Origin: Octopus sinensis
Lineage: Eukaryota
Reading direction: 5' to 3'
Assembly (NCBI RefSeq): GCF_006345805.1
Contig: NC_042997.1
Coordinates: 38,688,001-38,752,000, forward strand
Length of the DNA stretch: 64,000 bases
Position 1 is the first letter of the stretch. Every line of letters starts with the position of its first letter. The position numbers were made by a program, and so were the translations under genes. Below, in pieces: positions 50,820-63,838 of this stretch. The notes below the pieces were generated by a model that saw only the letters and a program-made list of their open reading frames with translations, did no database searches and had not been told where the DNA came from.

Positions 50820-52324
50820 TAGTTGTTAGTAGGCAGTTATGTAAGCAAATATCTATAGGTAGGTAAATGGATATGTAGGTAGATAGATAGGTATATAGGT
50901 AATACGGAGAGACAAGCACACACGCATACACAAAAGGAGAGGGAACCATATGACCATTTACACACACATATACACGTATACACACAAACACACATACACA
51001 TACATACAAACACGCACACACAAAAGCATAAATATGCAGAATACATACATACGTACACACGCATACATACCTATATGTATATACACAAACACATATGCAA
51101 GCACACACATACATACATACATACATACATACATACATACATACATACATACATACATACATACATACATACATACATACATACATACATACATACATAC
51201 ATACATACATACATACATACATACAGACATGCATGCATGCATGAATACATACATACATACATACATACATACATACATACATACATACATACATACATAC
51301 AAACATATGTCTATATACATGCACGTTCACGCACACACATGCGTACAAACTAACAAAAGAAACGCAGCGTCGAAAACGGACAGAGTTAACAACTATGGAG
51401 AAGGTTTCAAGAAGGAACGAAAATTCTGGAAGACAAAAATAAATATATGAATTGAGTGAAAATCGAACCAGTGAGTGTGTCAGACGTAGAGACAAAATGA
51501 CTCCCCACAGACACAGCAAAATATGCTTCAACGCACGAATTCACATAAAGAATCTTGCAAACCAGTTACAAAAACGAAGTAACGTAACTAGTGATTTACA
51601 AAAAACAAGGGAGCATGTCCTGTTATAAAATAGCAGCTATTTCTCACCCTTCTATCATAAAGGAACAATACACTGGATAAGCAGAACGGGATGCACTCTT
51701 TTCAAAAATAAGATGGAATGGCATTTAGTTGCAGATCGGTGCTAAATATGAGCAACTAATGATTTCGCGCATGTGGGCTGAGATGATCAATCGTTTGAAC
51801 TAACTCCAGTACATTACTCATTTATATTCATGAACCAGAAGGTATGAAGGTAAATATTGACCTTGGTGGAATATGGATTCATATCATTACGTGATATGAT
51901 AACGGATTTTCTCCGAATCTCTAGTTTCTGCCAATTCGCTATTCAGGCAACTATCAACAACGAATTAGCATCATTTAAATGTATCATTTACACTGGCTAT
52001 CAGAAACTCCGGCACACATGATGTAATGCTGAACAACATCAGTAAAAGTACAAACCAAGTGGTTATCCGATTGTGTAAGAGCATGATAATTAATATCTAT
52101 GTGTGATACGATCAAAAACAAGAAGAAAAATAATAGTAAAATAAGAAAAACACAAACAATATGCAACGTCAATGCAATTATGTTTTGAGAGAAGGGGTAT
52201 CAGGCGTTTCTTCAAGACTAGTGAAGGAAAATCAAAAACAAAAATGGAAAGAGAAAATGCATGATCCAGAGATATAACATGCTTGTATGGAAGACAAAAT
52301 GTAGCAGAGTGTAAAAGCCATTTA

Positions 52325-52740
52325 TATTTCTTTACTGCCCACAAGGGGCTAAACATAGAGGGGACAAACAAGGACCGACAAAGGGATTAAGTCGATTATA
52401 TGGACCCCAGTGCGTAACTGGTACTTAATTTATCGACCCCGAAAGGATGAAAGGCAAAGTCGACCTCGGTGGAATTTGAACTCAGAACGCAGCGGCAGAC
52501 CAAATACCTATTCCTTTACTACCCACAAGGGGCTAAACACAGAGGGGACAAACAAGGACAGACAAACGGATTAAGTCGATTACATCGACCCCAGTGCGTA
52601 ACTGGTACTTAATTTATCGACCCCGAAAGGATGAAAGGCAAAGTCGACCTCGGCGGAATTTGAACTCAGAACGTAACGGCAGACGAAATACGGCTACGCA
52701 TTTCGCCCGGCGTGCTAGCGTTTCTGCCAGCTCGCCGCCT
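52325..52740 (-). mobile_element. Tandem SINE A copies (one full, one partial)
   Basis: Reverse complement family A modules. Confidence 0.9.
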
Positions 52741-52813
52741 AAAAAGCCATTTAGCCATTAGGAGTAAGTTCCCCCAGAGATATAAATATGACAAGCGAGA
52801 TGGGTGTAAGGAA

Positions 52814-53105
52814 ATGAAGTACGTTTATGTATGCGTGTAATCGAATGGGGAGTGAAGTGTGCCGGCAAGACTGTGCGGAAATAAGTACAGTAAAATATTA
52901 GTAGATGGCGTGGGAAAAACTTCATTGTATATGAGTGTGAACTGATGGGAAAAGTGTAGTCGATCGTACGAGTAGAAACAGGTCAGTGCAGTGTGCATAG
53001 GTATGTGCGAAATGTCTGAAAGCAGGTATACTGTACTTATTTCCGCAGTCTTGCCAGCACACTTCACTTCCCATTCGATTACACGCATACATAAGCGTAC
53101 TTCAT
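52814..53105. mobile_element. MITE with ~78-bp TIRs
   Basis: atgaagtacgtttatgtatgcgtgtaatcgaatgggg... vs ...cccattcgattacacgcatacataagcgtacttcat. Confidence 0.9.
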
Positions 53106-53125
53106 AAAATGAAGTACGCTTAGGT

Positions 53126-53869
53126 AGTTGATTGACAACTCTCCAAATGAACTGTTCCTGTGCTCCTATTTTGTTTTTCAGGCAATGGATAAAATGCTTT
53201 GCAGCATTCAGGGTTTAAGCCCCAACTTGACTTTGTCTTTCATTTTGATGAATTCGATTAAAAAAATAACGTTGTTTAATTTACATTGTAGAAACTTTAA
53301 GTTTACAAAAATAGTGAAGCAAATAGGCAAATACAATGTTTTTGACTCGATATGCAAAATATGATTATGATAAATTAGAATAACTACTTTTGAATAAGTC
53401 GTGAAATTTTACATTTCTGTTGTTATTGCATTTTCTTCTCTTATTTTTGTTGTTGTTACATGTCATTAATGTTGTGTAAATCCAGTGTGTGACATATAAT
53501 CCTGAAATATTATTGCAGTCCTGGAATTATTAGATAAAGCTTCTGACGTTGTATGCTTTTCAAAATTTCATAATATATTAATGCAGGGAGAGAAATCACC
53601 TACTCTCCTTACACAAGTCACAGTGCATTATAACTTTCTTCCTATTACAAAACCGTGTGATTATAAAATGGCGGTAACATGTCAAAGACCAGCATGGAAG
53701 CACACCTGGCCGACTTGATATCCGTATTTTATCCAAGCACCCGAAGGACCCATCACTCAGGCAAATGCAGGAGTACGTCCTCATAAATGAAACATCCTCC
53801 ATACTAAATAGAAAACACATGTAGAAGGTAGTGATACACCAATAACCACAGAATATATATACACAGGTA
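53126..53869 (+). repeat. ~750-bp direct duplication, copy 2
   Basis: Matches 50065-50819. Confidence 0.92.
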
Positions 53870-54195
53870 CGGTTATGTACTTACGCACGTAGAAAGGAGA
53901 GTCGTTGAAAGCAAGCATAGACGTTGGTCAATGTGTGTGGGAATGGTTTAGTTGAAGGCATGACGGTTAGTAGTACCAGTAATAGATGGAAGTAGAAGAT
54001 TAATCGCTTTTCACAGTGAAATCTCGGACTAGAGTACCGTGATATTGCGAAGTACCTCAAAATGGCGGTTCAGGCGAAAGAAGTAGGAAAATTAAAGTAG
54101 CGGTCTTCAGGCCTGATTAAACCGATGTTATTGTTTAAGATATCCAACAACTGTTAACTAAAATGATTTGCCAAATGATGAACAATAAGCGACAA

Positions 54196-54357
54196 AGGTG
54201 ATATTGAATACTTTAGGTGATATTGAATACCTTAGGTGATATTGAATACTTTAGGTGATATTGAATACCTTAGGTGATATTGAATACTTTAGGTGATATT
54301 GAATACTTTAGGTGATATTGAATACCTTAGGTGATATTGAATACCTTAGGTGATATT
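54196..54357. repeat. 19-bp minisatellite, ~8.5 copies
   Basis: aggtgatattgaatac(c/t)tt repeated. Confidence 0.95.
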
Positions 54358-54521
54358 TCTGGAGGTGCACGTGATGGTGCCTGCGACTCTTCTAAAACTC
54401 ATCCCCACACTTGCTCATACATGCTGTTCACCTCTCCCTCCCCTTCTCTTTCCCTCTCCCTCGCATTTAGACACTTATACACACACTACCTCACCTACTC
54501 AGACCGCTACTATTTATATAT

Positions 54522-54755
54522 AAGGCGGCGAGCTGGCAGAACCGTTAGCATGCCGGGCCAAAAGCGGAGCCGTATTTCGTCTGGCATTACGTTCTGAGTT
54601 CAAATTCCGCCGAGGTCGACTCTACCTTTCATCCTTTCGGTGTCGATAAATTAAGTACCAGTTACGCACTAGGGTCGATATAACCGACTTAATCCGTTTG
54701 TCTGTCCTTGTTTGTCCTCTCTATGTTTAGCCCCTTGTGGGTAGTAAAGAAATAA
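54522..54755 (+). mobile_element. SINE family A with TSD actatttatata
   Basis: Full head to tail; TSD on both sides. Confidence 0.9.
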
Positions 54756-55591
54756 CTATTTATATACAGTGGTCCAGTCCATTGTCGCCAGGGGGCGTCA
54801 TACTTTCGCATAACAGAATCCAACACCTTAACCATTACGCCACACACCCTCACGCATTTTATACTACTGACCAAAAAATTTGTTTATATTTTCAAATTTT
54901 CTTTAGTTTGTCATTCCTATTATGTTAACAAAGTACCCATTGTCTGAAACGTCGATTTATCTTTGTTTTTTGTTTGTTCTTTTCTTTCTTTTCTTTGCAA
55001 TGCTGCTTCCTTATTAGTTCTTGATAGCAATTATCTGAGCCGCAACACTTTAGATTTTGTTAGGTATAATTTAATTAGTTTTACGAGAGGAAATTACACA
55101 GTTATTTTGAAAATTATACGATTGTTCGAAATTTGTAGAAAAGAACGAAATTGGCAATTTTATTTGAAACTATATTTTCTCAGAGGTGTCTGGTTCTTAA
55201 GAGGATGCAAAAAGCGACGTAAGCTATATTCTTTGTTACACACCAGTCACCTTCTCTAACTTAAGAGTTGCTAATTTTTTGTTTATTTGTTTTACGTCAA
55301 GAAGCAGGATGAAACAGAAGACAATGTGTGTGTGTGTGTGTCCACCTGTGTGTGTGAGTGTATGCATGTATATATGTACATGTATAAGACATACACACAC
55401 GGACACGCATATACATACACATATAAGTGCATGTGTGTATGTGTGTGCCCATTTCTTTGTGTCCATGTACACATGTATGCGTATGAGATATACACACACG
55501 CACAGATATATATAATATATATATATATATTTGTATATATATATATATATATAATATATATATATATATATTATATATATATATATATATA

Positions 55592-55804
55592 TATTCGAAA
55601 TGTGACCTCGTGTGTACCGTTGGCGATTTCTTTTCTCTGTCTTCTCTTCTCGAGATCTTTCCTTCTCCTATGTTTCCGACGAAGAGCTCCGCTCGAAACG
55701 TTAAACCCTCCTTCTTCCCTTCTTTCATGAGCGTCCAATAATACTATATTTGTTCCACGTCCTCGCGTTGTTGTGTTTTTTTGTGTTTTCTTGTTTGGAT
55801 TAAC

Positions 55805-55805
<1 letters not shown>
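55592..55805 (+). mobile_element. (TA)n-flanked Penelope-like fragment
   Basis: Non-coding block between TA arrays containing a hammerhead-like motif. Confidence 0.55.
55672..55706 (+). ncRNA. Minimal hammerhead-like motif (CCGACGA core)
   Basis: GUUU CCGACGA A GAGC-ucc-GCUC GAAA CG U U AAAC; palindromic AACGUU stem III. Confidence 0.5.
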
Positions 55806-55851
<46 letters not shown>

Positions 55852-55853
55852 AT

Positions 55854-55887
<34 letters not shown>

Positions 55888-55916
55888 ATTATATATATAT
55901 ATATATATATAATATA

Positions 55917-55950
<34 letters not shown>

Positions 55951-55951
<1 letters not shown>

Positions 55952-56262
55952 GGCGCGTAGCTCAGTGGTTAAAGCGTCGGGCACACAATCAGGCAGTAGT
56001 GAGTTTGATTCTTGGACCGCGCTGTGTGTTGTGTTCTTGAGCTCACGTTGCTCCCGTTCACTCAGCTGTAGAAATTAGTTGCGACGTCACTGGTGCCAAG
56101 CTGTATCGGCCCCTCTGCCTTTCCGTTGGATAACCTTGTTGACGTGGTGAGAGGAGGCTGGTATGCATGGGTGACTGTTGGTCTTCCATAAACAACCTTA
56201 TCCGGATTTGTGCCTCAGAAGGGCACTTTCTAGGTGAAATCCTGTGGTCATTCATGACCGAA
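55951..56262 (+). mobile_element. CORE-type SINE (family D head, different tail)
   Basis: aggcgcgtagctcagtggttaaagcg head; tgtgttcttgag core. Confidence 0.7.
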
Positions 56263-56363
56263 GATATTAATTTATGAGTCAGTTGTTTAACGAATAACAT
56301 AATGTTGTATGTTTTATCATATATTCGTTGTCTTTCCATTCTTCAAGTTAGCATGACAGATTA

Positions 56364-56718
56364 TGGAAGCACTCCGTCGGTTACGACGACGAGGGTTCCG
56401 GTTGATCCGAATCAACGGAACAGCCTGCTCGTGAAATTAACGTGTAAGTGGCTGAGCACTCCACAGACACGTGTACCCTTAACGTAGTTCTCGGGGATAT
56501 TCAACGTGACACAGAGAGTGACAAGGCCTTTGAAATACAGGTACAACAGAAACAGGAAGTAAGAGTGAGAGAAAGTTGTGGTGAAAGAGTACAGCAGGGA
56601 TCACCACCATCCCTGCCGGAGCGTCAATAAACATTCACAACGTCCCGGTTTGGGAATCGAAACCACGATCCTACGACCGCGAGTCCGCTGCCCTAACCAC
56701 TGGGCCATTGCGCCTCCA
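56364..56718 (-). mobile_element. SINE family B with 12-bp TSD
   Basis: TSD catgacagatta at 56352-56363 and 56719-56730. Confidence 0.92.
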
Positions 56719-56814
56719 CATGACAGATTAATATCGTATATGAATAGATCAAATAAGGAGACTCACTTTTTAATACGACACTGCACAAAACGCCAATGTT
56801 ACCACTATTATGCT

Positions 56815-57210
56815 CTTTACTCTTTTACTTGTTTCAGTCATTTGACTGCGGCCATGCTGGAGCACCGCCTTTAATCGAGCAACTCGACCCCGGGACTTAT
56901 CCTTTTGTAAGCCCAGTACTTCTTCTATCGGTCTCTTTTGCCGAACCACTAAGTAACGGGGACATAAACACACCAGCATCGGTTGTCAAGCAATGCTAGG
57001 GGGACAACCACAGACACACAAACACACACACGCATATATATATATATATACATATATACGACAGGCTTTCAGTTTCCGTCTACCAAATCCGCTCACAAGG
57101 CTTTGGTCAGCCCGAGGCTATAGTAGAAGACACTTGCCCAAGGTGCCACGCAGTGGAACTGAACCCGGAACCATGTGGTTGGTAAACAAGCTACTTACCA
57201 CACAGCCACT
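56815..57210 (-). mobile_element. SINE family C
   Basis: Reverse complement family C. Confidence 0.9.
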
Positions 57211-57880
57211 TTTTTTTATAATTAGTAGTTTATTTCTGCTGGTGTTATACTTTTCGATTGGAATAATTAAACAGATCGATTATTCTGTGGAATTCGATAT
57301 TGCATAAAGTATAATGTGAACGTTTAAGCTTAACTGCTGTTTCGTTCTTCGGATACTATTAGCGAAAGATTAATAAAAATAAGTGATGTCCATTTATAAG
57401 TGATGTCAGGTTGCACGATGTTTACAATGTGCAGTATCTGCCATGCGATCAAAAATTCTAATTGGATTCTTAATTAAAACATCATGTGTTCGTCCAGTCA
57501 TAACACACACAGCATGATATGCAAAATACGCTACATAGACGCCGCATATCCAACATCGTATCAAATACATGCGCCTCGATAACCTTCCGATAAATACATA
57601 ACACACATATAAACATTCATTCATTTTTTTTTCCAGAGCTAGGAACATTCACACTAACGTACTAATTTTATCTAGAGTCGTTTTTATACAAGACATACCG
57701 TAAAGTTTTGTGAAGGAGGTGGTTGATGGACAGTTACAGTCAGCTGTACATACACTCACTAATTTATTCACTCACATAAACATGCACGTTTTACATGTTG
57801 TTAAAAGAGTCTATTTTAAAACATATTTTGATGTGTGTGTGTGTGTGTGTGTGTACACCAGTGTAAGCACATAAATGTGA

Positions 57881-58230
57881 AACATGTAGCTAGGCTTTAG
57901 ATAAATCTCACTCCTACCCGACGTCACATAAAGTTCTCGGTCACTCCAGGGAACTGATTGATTCAAGCAATGGGGAACGACTCGAAAACTTAGATGGAAG
58001 TAGAATGGAAGGTCACAATATAATTTTAAGGAGAATAAGAACGAATTCATCACGGAAACTTTCCAAGTTTCGTCGATACTGTGAGGACAATGTGAACTGC
58101 TTCTGATCTGTTGGTCCTTGACGAGAAAATGAAGGCGCAGACTTTTTGCATCCAATGTGATGTACATGGACACCCAGTTCGTTACTGTAAGAACAAAAAT
58201 GAGGCTGGGACTTCTGTAATATCTGATGAT
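57881..58230 (+). pseudogene. Degraded LINE ORF1-like remnant with CCHC zinc knuckle
   Basis: FCIQCDVHGHPVRYCKN fits CX2CX4HX4C; the upstream same frame (with stops) contains FPSFV. Confidence 0.5.
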
Positions 58231-58234
58231 TACT

Positions 58235-58610
58235 TACTCTTTTACTCTTTTACTTGTTTCAGTCATTTGACTGCGGCCATGCTGGAGCACCACCTTTAGT
58301 CGAGCAAATCGACCCCGGGACTTATTCTTTGTAAGCCCAGTACTTATTCTATCGGTCTCTTTTGCCGAACACACCAGCATCGGTTGTCAAGCAATGCTAG
58401 GGAGACCAACACAGACACACAAACACACACACACATATATATATATACGACAGGCTTCTTTCAGTTTCCGTCTACCAAATCCACTCACAAGGCATTGGTC
58501 GGCCCGGGGCTATAGCAGAAGACACTTGCCCAAGATGCCACGCAGTGGGACTGAACCCGGAACCATGTGGTTGGTTAGCAAGCTACTTACCACACAGCCA
58601 CTCCTGCGCC
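58235..58610 (-). mobile_element. SINE family C (internal deletion)
   Basis: Reverse complement family C. Confidence 0.9.
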
Positions 58611-59204
58611 TTTTTTAACAAGATGGTGCTATAATTGGTTTAAAATAAACTATCCTGATGGTAAATCCTAGTTGCTCATTTTAATTCAAATTATACCCGT
58701 ATGGAACTCAAAAGGGAGCTTTAGACACGCAGATTTATGTAGATTTGGGCCCAGATCAATACTTACGAACAGGCTCACAAATTTTCACCGTAGTCTGATC
58801 AATAGATTTCTAATGAGCTTCCAATCGTCAAATTACGTCTATTTTTGTGTTTTGAGCCTGAAATGTACATATATGGAAATTCGGACCTAGATCCCAAGAT
58901 TTTTAAAAGTGATCAAACATTACCGTGGGCTATAAGTAGTTTTGTGTTGAGTGAAATTGCTCTAGTCCAATCAATCAGAAGTATTTTAGAATATTATGAA
59001 CAAGTATTTTTGAGAAAAATAAATGCTTTCGCCTTCTTAAAGGCGAATAACTCATCAGGGATCGAGATTAATTATTTTCCATTGAACGATGGAGCTGAAA
59101 ATGAAGGAAAGATGATGATGGTGGTGATGAGGAGGAATAAGTAGTTGTAGAAAAAGGGGAATAGCAATAGCAATAGCAAGTATTGTAGAGAAGAAGGTAT
59201 ATGA

Positions 59205-59436
59205 AAGGCGGCGAGCTGGCAGAACCGTTAGCACGCCGGGCGAAATACTTAGCGGTATTTCGTCTGCCGTTACGTTCTGAGTTCAAATTCCGCCGAGGTC
59301 GACTTTGCCTTTCATCCTTTTCGGGTCGATAAATTAAGTACCAGTTACGCACTGGGGTCGATATAATCGACTTAATCCGTTTGTCTGTTTTGTTTGTCTC
59401 CTCTGTGTTTAGCCCCTTATGGGTAGAAAAGAAATA
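59205..59436 (+). mobile_element. SINE family A with 12-bp TSD aggtatatgaaa
   Basis: Full length; TSD on both sides. Confidence 0.92.
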
Positions 59437-59982
59437 GGTATATGAAATATAAAGACTAAACGTAGTGTAATAATTAAAATCAAAGAAAATCTATTGTGAA
59501 AAATATTCATATGTATGTACATTTGTGTGTATTATATTTTGTGTAGGTGATGTTCAGAAATGTTGTAAGAAGTACTTCTCAAGATGTCTGCATTCTCTGA
59601 TTTCATGTTTAAACAGATCAAATTAGTTCGTTAAGTATAGACACTTGTGGAGCATTTGTAGAACTTTAATCACGTACCACCTTCAATGAAGTAGATAAAT
59701 ACAATCACAGAATAAGTAATATGCTTCAAATATGCTTCTCTCTTCTTTATATCCCCTTCCTCCATTTTCACCATTCCGCTTTACCCCTCTGTTTTCTTAG
59801 CCCAATTAACTACTGTTAATAAATTCCTTCTATTGTCCTTGTGACGTTTCCGTCTCTCTTGAGTCTACAAATAATGTTTACATTTTATCTATATTCAGTC
59901 TCTCACTGTTTTCAAATATTACCTTATTAGCATTTGAAAGTTTCAAGAGTAAATAGTATAATTATACGTATATATGTATCTG

Positions 59983-60819
59983 TACGAGATCTGATCAATA
60001 AGTACTCGCACTGTTGCCAGAGTAAAGTACACAGAGTAAAGACGCTTAGTAAAGATTGATCTTAAACTCTGCTGTGCATGGATACAAAGTTTTAACGTTC
60101 TAGCTTACTTTCGCTGTCTATAGCAGTGCTTAGAAGGAACATGTGTAGCGTGTGATCGTTGCATTGACCATGACAGAGAAAGTTTTCATGACGATACCTG
60201 CTCAGAGGACAACGCAAAGTTGCTGAAAGTGTATGGAAAGGAGTGCATAACCCGCACAAAAGTGTACGAGTTTTTCAGATGTTTCCAACGTGGCCGAAAA
60301 AATATAGATATTGACGAACGTTCTGGGAGATCCGAAACCAGCAAAGCTGAGAAAAACATCGCAGACGTTTCTGCAGCTGTGACGGAAAATCGTCGAATCA
60401 CCATCCGTGAGTTATTAGATGATGTGCAGATTAGTTATGGTTCTGTTCAGTCCATTATCACTGAAGATTTTGTCTGCCAAGCTTGTTCCAAAACTGCTTT
60501 CAGCTAACCAAGAAGGCACTCGGGTTTCAGTTGCACAAGATCTCCTTGATTGTGTCGAGATCGATGACAATTTTTTGAAAACTTTTAGCTAAATTTGATA
60601 CAGATTCTCTGCTCAAATTTCTGTGTCATGGCTAATGCGACGATCACACGCTACACATTCCAATCACTGCTGTAAACAACGAAAGCGAGATAGAACGTTA
60701 AAACTCAGTGCGCATGCACGGCAGAGTTTAACATCAATCTGTGCCAAGCGGCTTTACTCTCTCTGCATTAGCTTCATTACTATAGCAACAGTCCGGATAC
60801 TTATTGATCAGATCACGTA
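59983..60819. mobile_element. Mariner fold-back element made of two left ends
   Basis: TA-cgagatctgatcaataagt / acttattgatcagatcacg-TA; arms ~210 bp. Interior LKVYGKECITRTKVYEFFRCFQRG...NRRITIREL is a mariner HTH; right arm minus strand starts MTQKFEQRICIKF. Confidence 0.85.
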
Positions 60820-61159
60820 TGTGTTCTTTAATATTATATACTAAACATGAGACAATATATTAATTTAATTTTTCGAGTCATTCACCATTGCTTGAATCAA
60901 TCAGTTCCCTGGAGTGACCGAGAACTTTATGCGACGTCGGGTAGGAGTGACACTTATCTAAAGTCTAGCTACATGTTGGCTGTGGACTCGAGGAAAAATT
61001 TCAAAAAGACAAGTCCTTTCTCCACAGAAGGTCGGCTTCTTGAAATTCAACCTGATTTTTTACCTGTTGATGTCGAATGGAAACATTTTAGACATGACAT
61101 TAAACAACTTTAATCTGCTGGTGTAGATTAAATTTAATGCGTTTTCAAAGCGTACGTAC

Positions 61160-61575
61160 GCAGGAGTGGCTGTGTGGTAAGTAGCTTGCTAACCAACCAC
61201 ATGGTTCCGGGTTCAGTCCCACTGCGTGGCATCTTGGGCAAGTGTCTTCTGCTATAGCCCCGGGCCGACCAAAGCCTTGTGAGTGGATTTGGTAGACGGA
61301 AACTGAAAGCCTGTCGTATATATGTATATATATATATATAAGCGTGTGTGTATATGTTTGTGTGTCTGTGGTTGTCCCCCTAGCATTGCTTGACAACCGA
61401 TGCTGGTGTGTTTACGTCTCCGTCACATAGCGGTTCGGCAAAAGAGACCGATAGAATAAGTACTGGGCTTACAAAAGAATAAGTCCCGGGGTCGATTTGC
61501 TCGACTAAAGGCGGTGCTCCAGCATGGCCGCAGTCAAATGACTGAAACAAGTAAAAGAGTAAAATAGTAAAGAGT
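61160..61575 (+). mobile_element. SINE family C, full length
   Basis: gcaggagtggctgtgtggtaag head to (gagtaaaa)n tail. Confidence 0.92.
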
Positions 61576-61865
61576 ATACATGTGTCTTTAATGTGCGTGG
61601 TAGCAAGCAACTCGTACACTGTGTCCAGCTCAATGTTTTGTCATCAGTTAACTCAGCACGAGTTATATCGAATTTTGTGGCTGTTGCAAGATAGTTTTAT
61701 CAACTGTTATGGACTACAGAACGCTTATTTTTCGCCCAAATGTTTACTCATGAAGGCAAATAATCTCTATGAGTTCACCGACATCGTGACTCCTATTCGA
61801 CAAAGGCAAATAAGACGGATGTGAGTTTCTATGCTTGATTCATTGGTAGGTCTGTTGATTTATAG

Positions 61866-62247
61866 GTGGAGACGCAATGGCCCAGTGGTTAGGGCAGCGG
61901 ACTCGCGGTCGTAGGATCGCGGTTTCAATTCCCAGACCGGGCGTTGTGAGTGTTTATTGAGCGAAAACACCTAAAGCTCCACGAGGCTCCGGCAGGGGAT
62001 GGTGGTGATCCCTGCTGTACTCTTTCACCACAAACTTTCTCTCACTCTTACTTCCTGTTTCTGTTGTACCTGTATTTCAAAGGGCCGGCCTTGTCACTCT
62101 CTGTGTCACGCTGAATATCCCCGAGAACTACGTTAAGGGTACACGTGTCTGTGGAGTGCTCAGCCACTTACACGTTAATTTCACGAGCAGGCTGTTCCGT
62201 TGATTCGGATCAACCGGAACCCTCATCGTCGTAACCGAGTGCTTCCA
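61866..62247 (+). mobile_element. SINE family B with 11-bp TSD
   Basis: TSD tgttgatttat at 61853-61863 and 62248-62258. Confidence 0.92.
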
Positions 62248-63282
62248 TGTTGATTTATTGAACCAGTGTTGGAGCATCGAATATTTACGTATCTTTCAGA
62301 CATTTACTAATCGTGGCAGGTGAACCATAATAGTATTCCCTCGGAATAGCAACGAAACACCTTTTACGGTCACGTCTGCATTGTACAAATCATCTCTTAA
62401 ACGTACTAAAGTTACCTACGAACTTTTAAGAAGCTTTATTTTCACTTAATTAATAATATATCGATTATAGATGGAATACATTTTTGTGTGTGTAATGTGT
62501 GGAGAGGGGAACAGATTCGAAGTTCCCATATGCATCATATTGCTGTGTTAATATTATAAGATAAAGTATTTAGTGCGCTAACAACTATACAGAGGTATTC
62601 ACGAGTGTAGGTTTTCTTATTATACGTAGCTACGACCAAACTAGGCTGTAATATAAAGACGGATGATTGAAGACATGGAAGTGAGCTACACAATCAATAT
62701 ACCAAACACTAACATTTTTCTCTCTTTTTTTTTTGTTTTGTTCTACTACTAATTTTCTTGTATCTGCTTATCGACCCTGACAAGATTAAGGGCTAATTCT
62801 AGATTGACATGAATCGATACCAAAAGTTTTCAACTACTGGAGCAATCCTCAATCAGTAAACATAACGTGGTGATTTCGTATCGGCATTCTCATTCTATTC
62901 TTGGAGACAATGCTTTATTTTTTTTTCAGACATATTTTTTTAAATAATTGTACATCAGGATTCTTCGGATTCCTAATGTAGCGTATCCCCATCACATCAA
63001 TTACAGTTTAGAAATACTCGAACTTTCTGCTTATTCTGCTTTATACACAAAAAGATTAGCTATTTTGGTCAAATACACGCGTATGTTGTTATTTCCATAT
63101 TTTCTATAGATTTTATAGTTTCTGTTAATTCATTTATATACATAGGTAGATAAATGTTACTCGTTGCAAATGATGATCTTTGCCCCTTATATTTTTAAAG
63201 TGATTTCTTTTATCTAAAGAATGTTCACTCGGATGATTGACATGAATTTGTTCACCAACACATTCCAAACTCTAGTCGCAGA

Positions 63283-63348
<66 letters not shown>

Positions 63349-63548
63349 TTGAAATTAATTAAGGGTAGAAATTGATATTAGTCAATTAAAACCAGTGGTC
63401 TAGCATATTAAAAAGAATCCGAAGATTAAAATATTTATATGGTTTGTGCTGAATTTTATTTTATTTGAGAACATAATCTTTGTGGAGAATGGCGATTGAC
63501 GTCTATATCTAGCATGTTGACTGTCCACTTTTCATGTTCAGTCCTTAT

Positions 63549-63596
63549 TGGTATATATATATATATATTATATATATATATACTTATATATTATAT

Positions 63597-63655
<59 letters not shown>

Positions 63656-63696
63656 ATATATATATATATCTATATATATATATATATATATATATA

Positions 63697-63745
<49 letters not shown>

Positions 63746-63786
63746 TATATATACTTATATATACTTATATATATATATATATATGC

Positions 63787-63836
<50 letters not shown>
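63549..63836. repeat. (TA)n microsatellite
   Basis: Directly visible. Confidence 0.95.

Positions 63837-63838
<2 letters not shown>

Noticed and set aside
50731-51531. 266-aa minus ORF starting with a signal-peptide-like MKHILLCLWGVILSL
   Set aside because: Mostly (TACA)n translation, near-cognate start, and no supporting donor.
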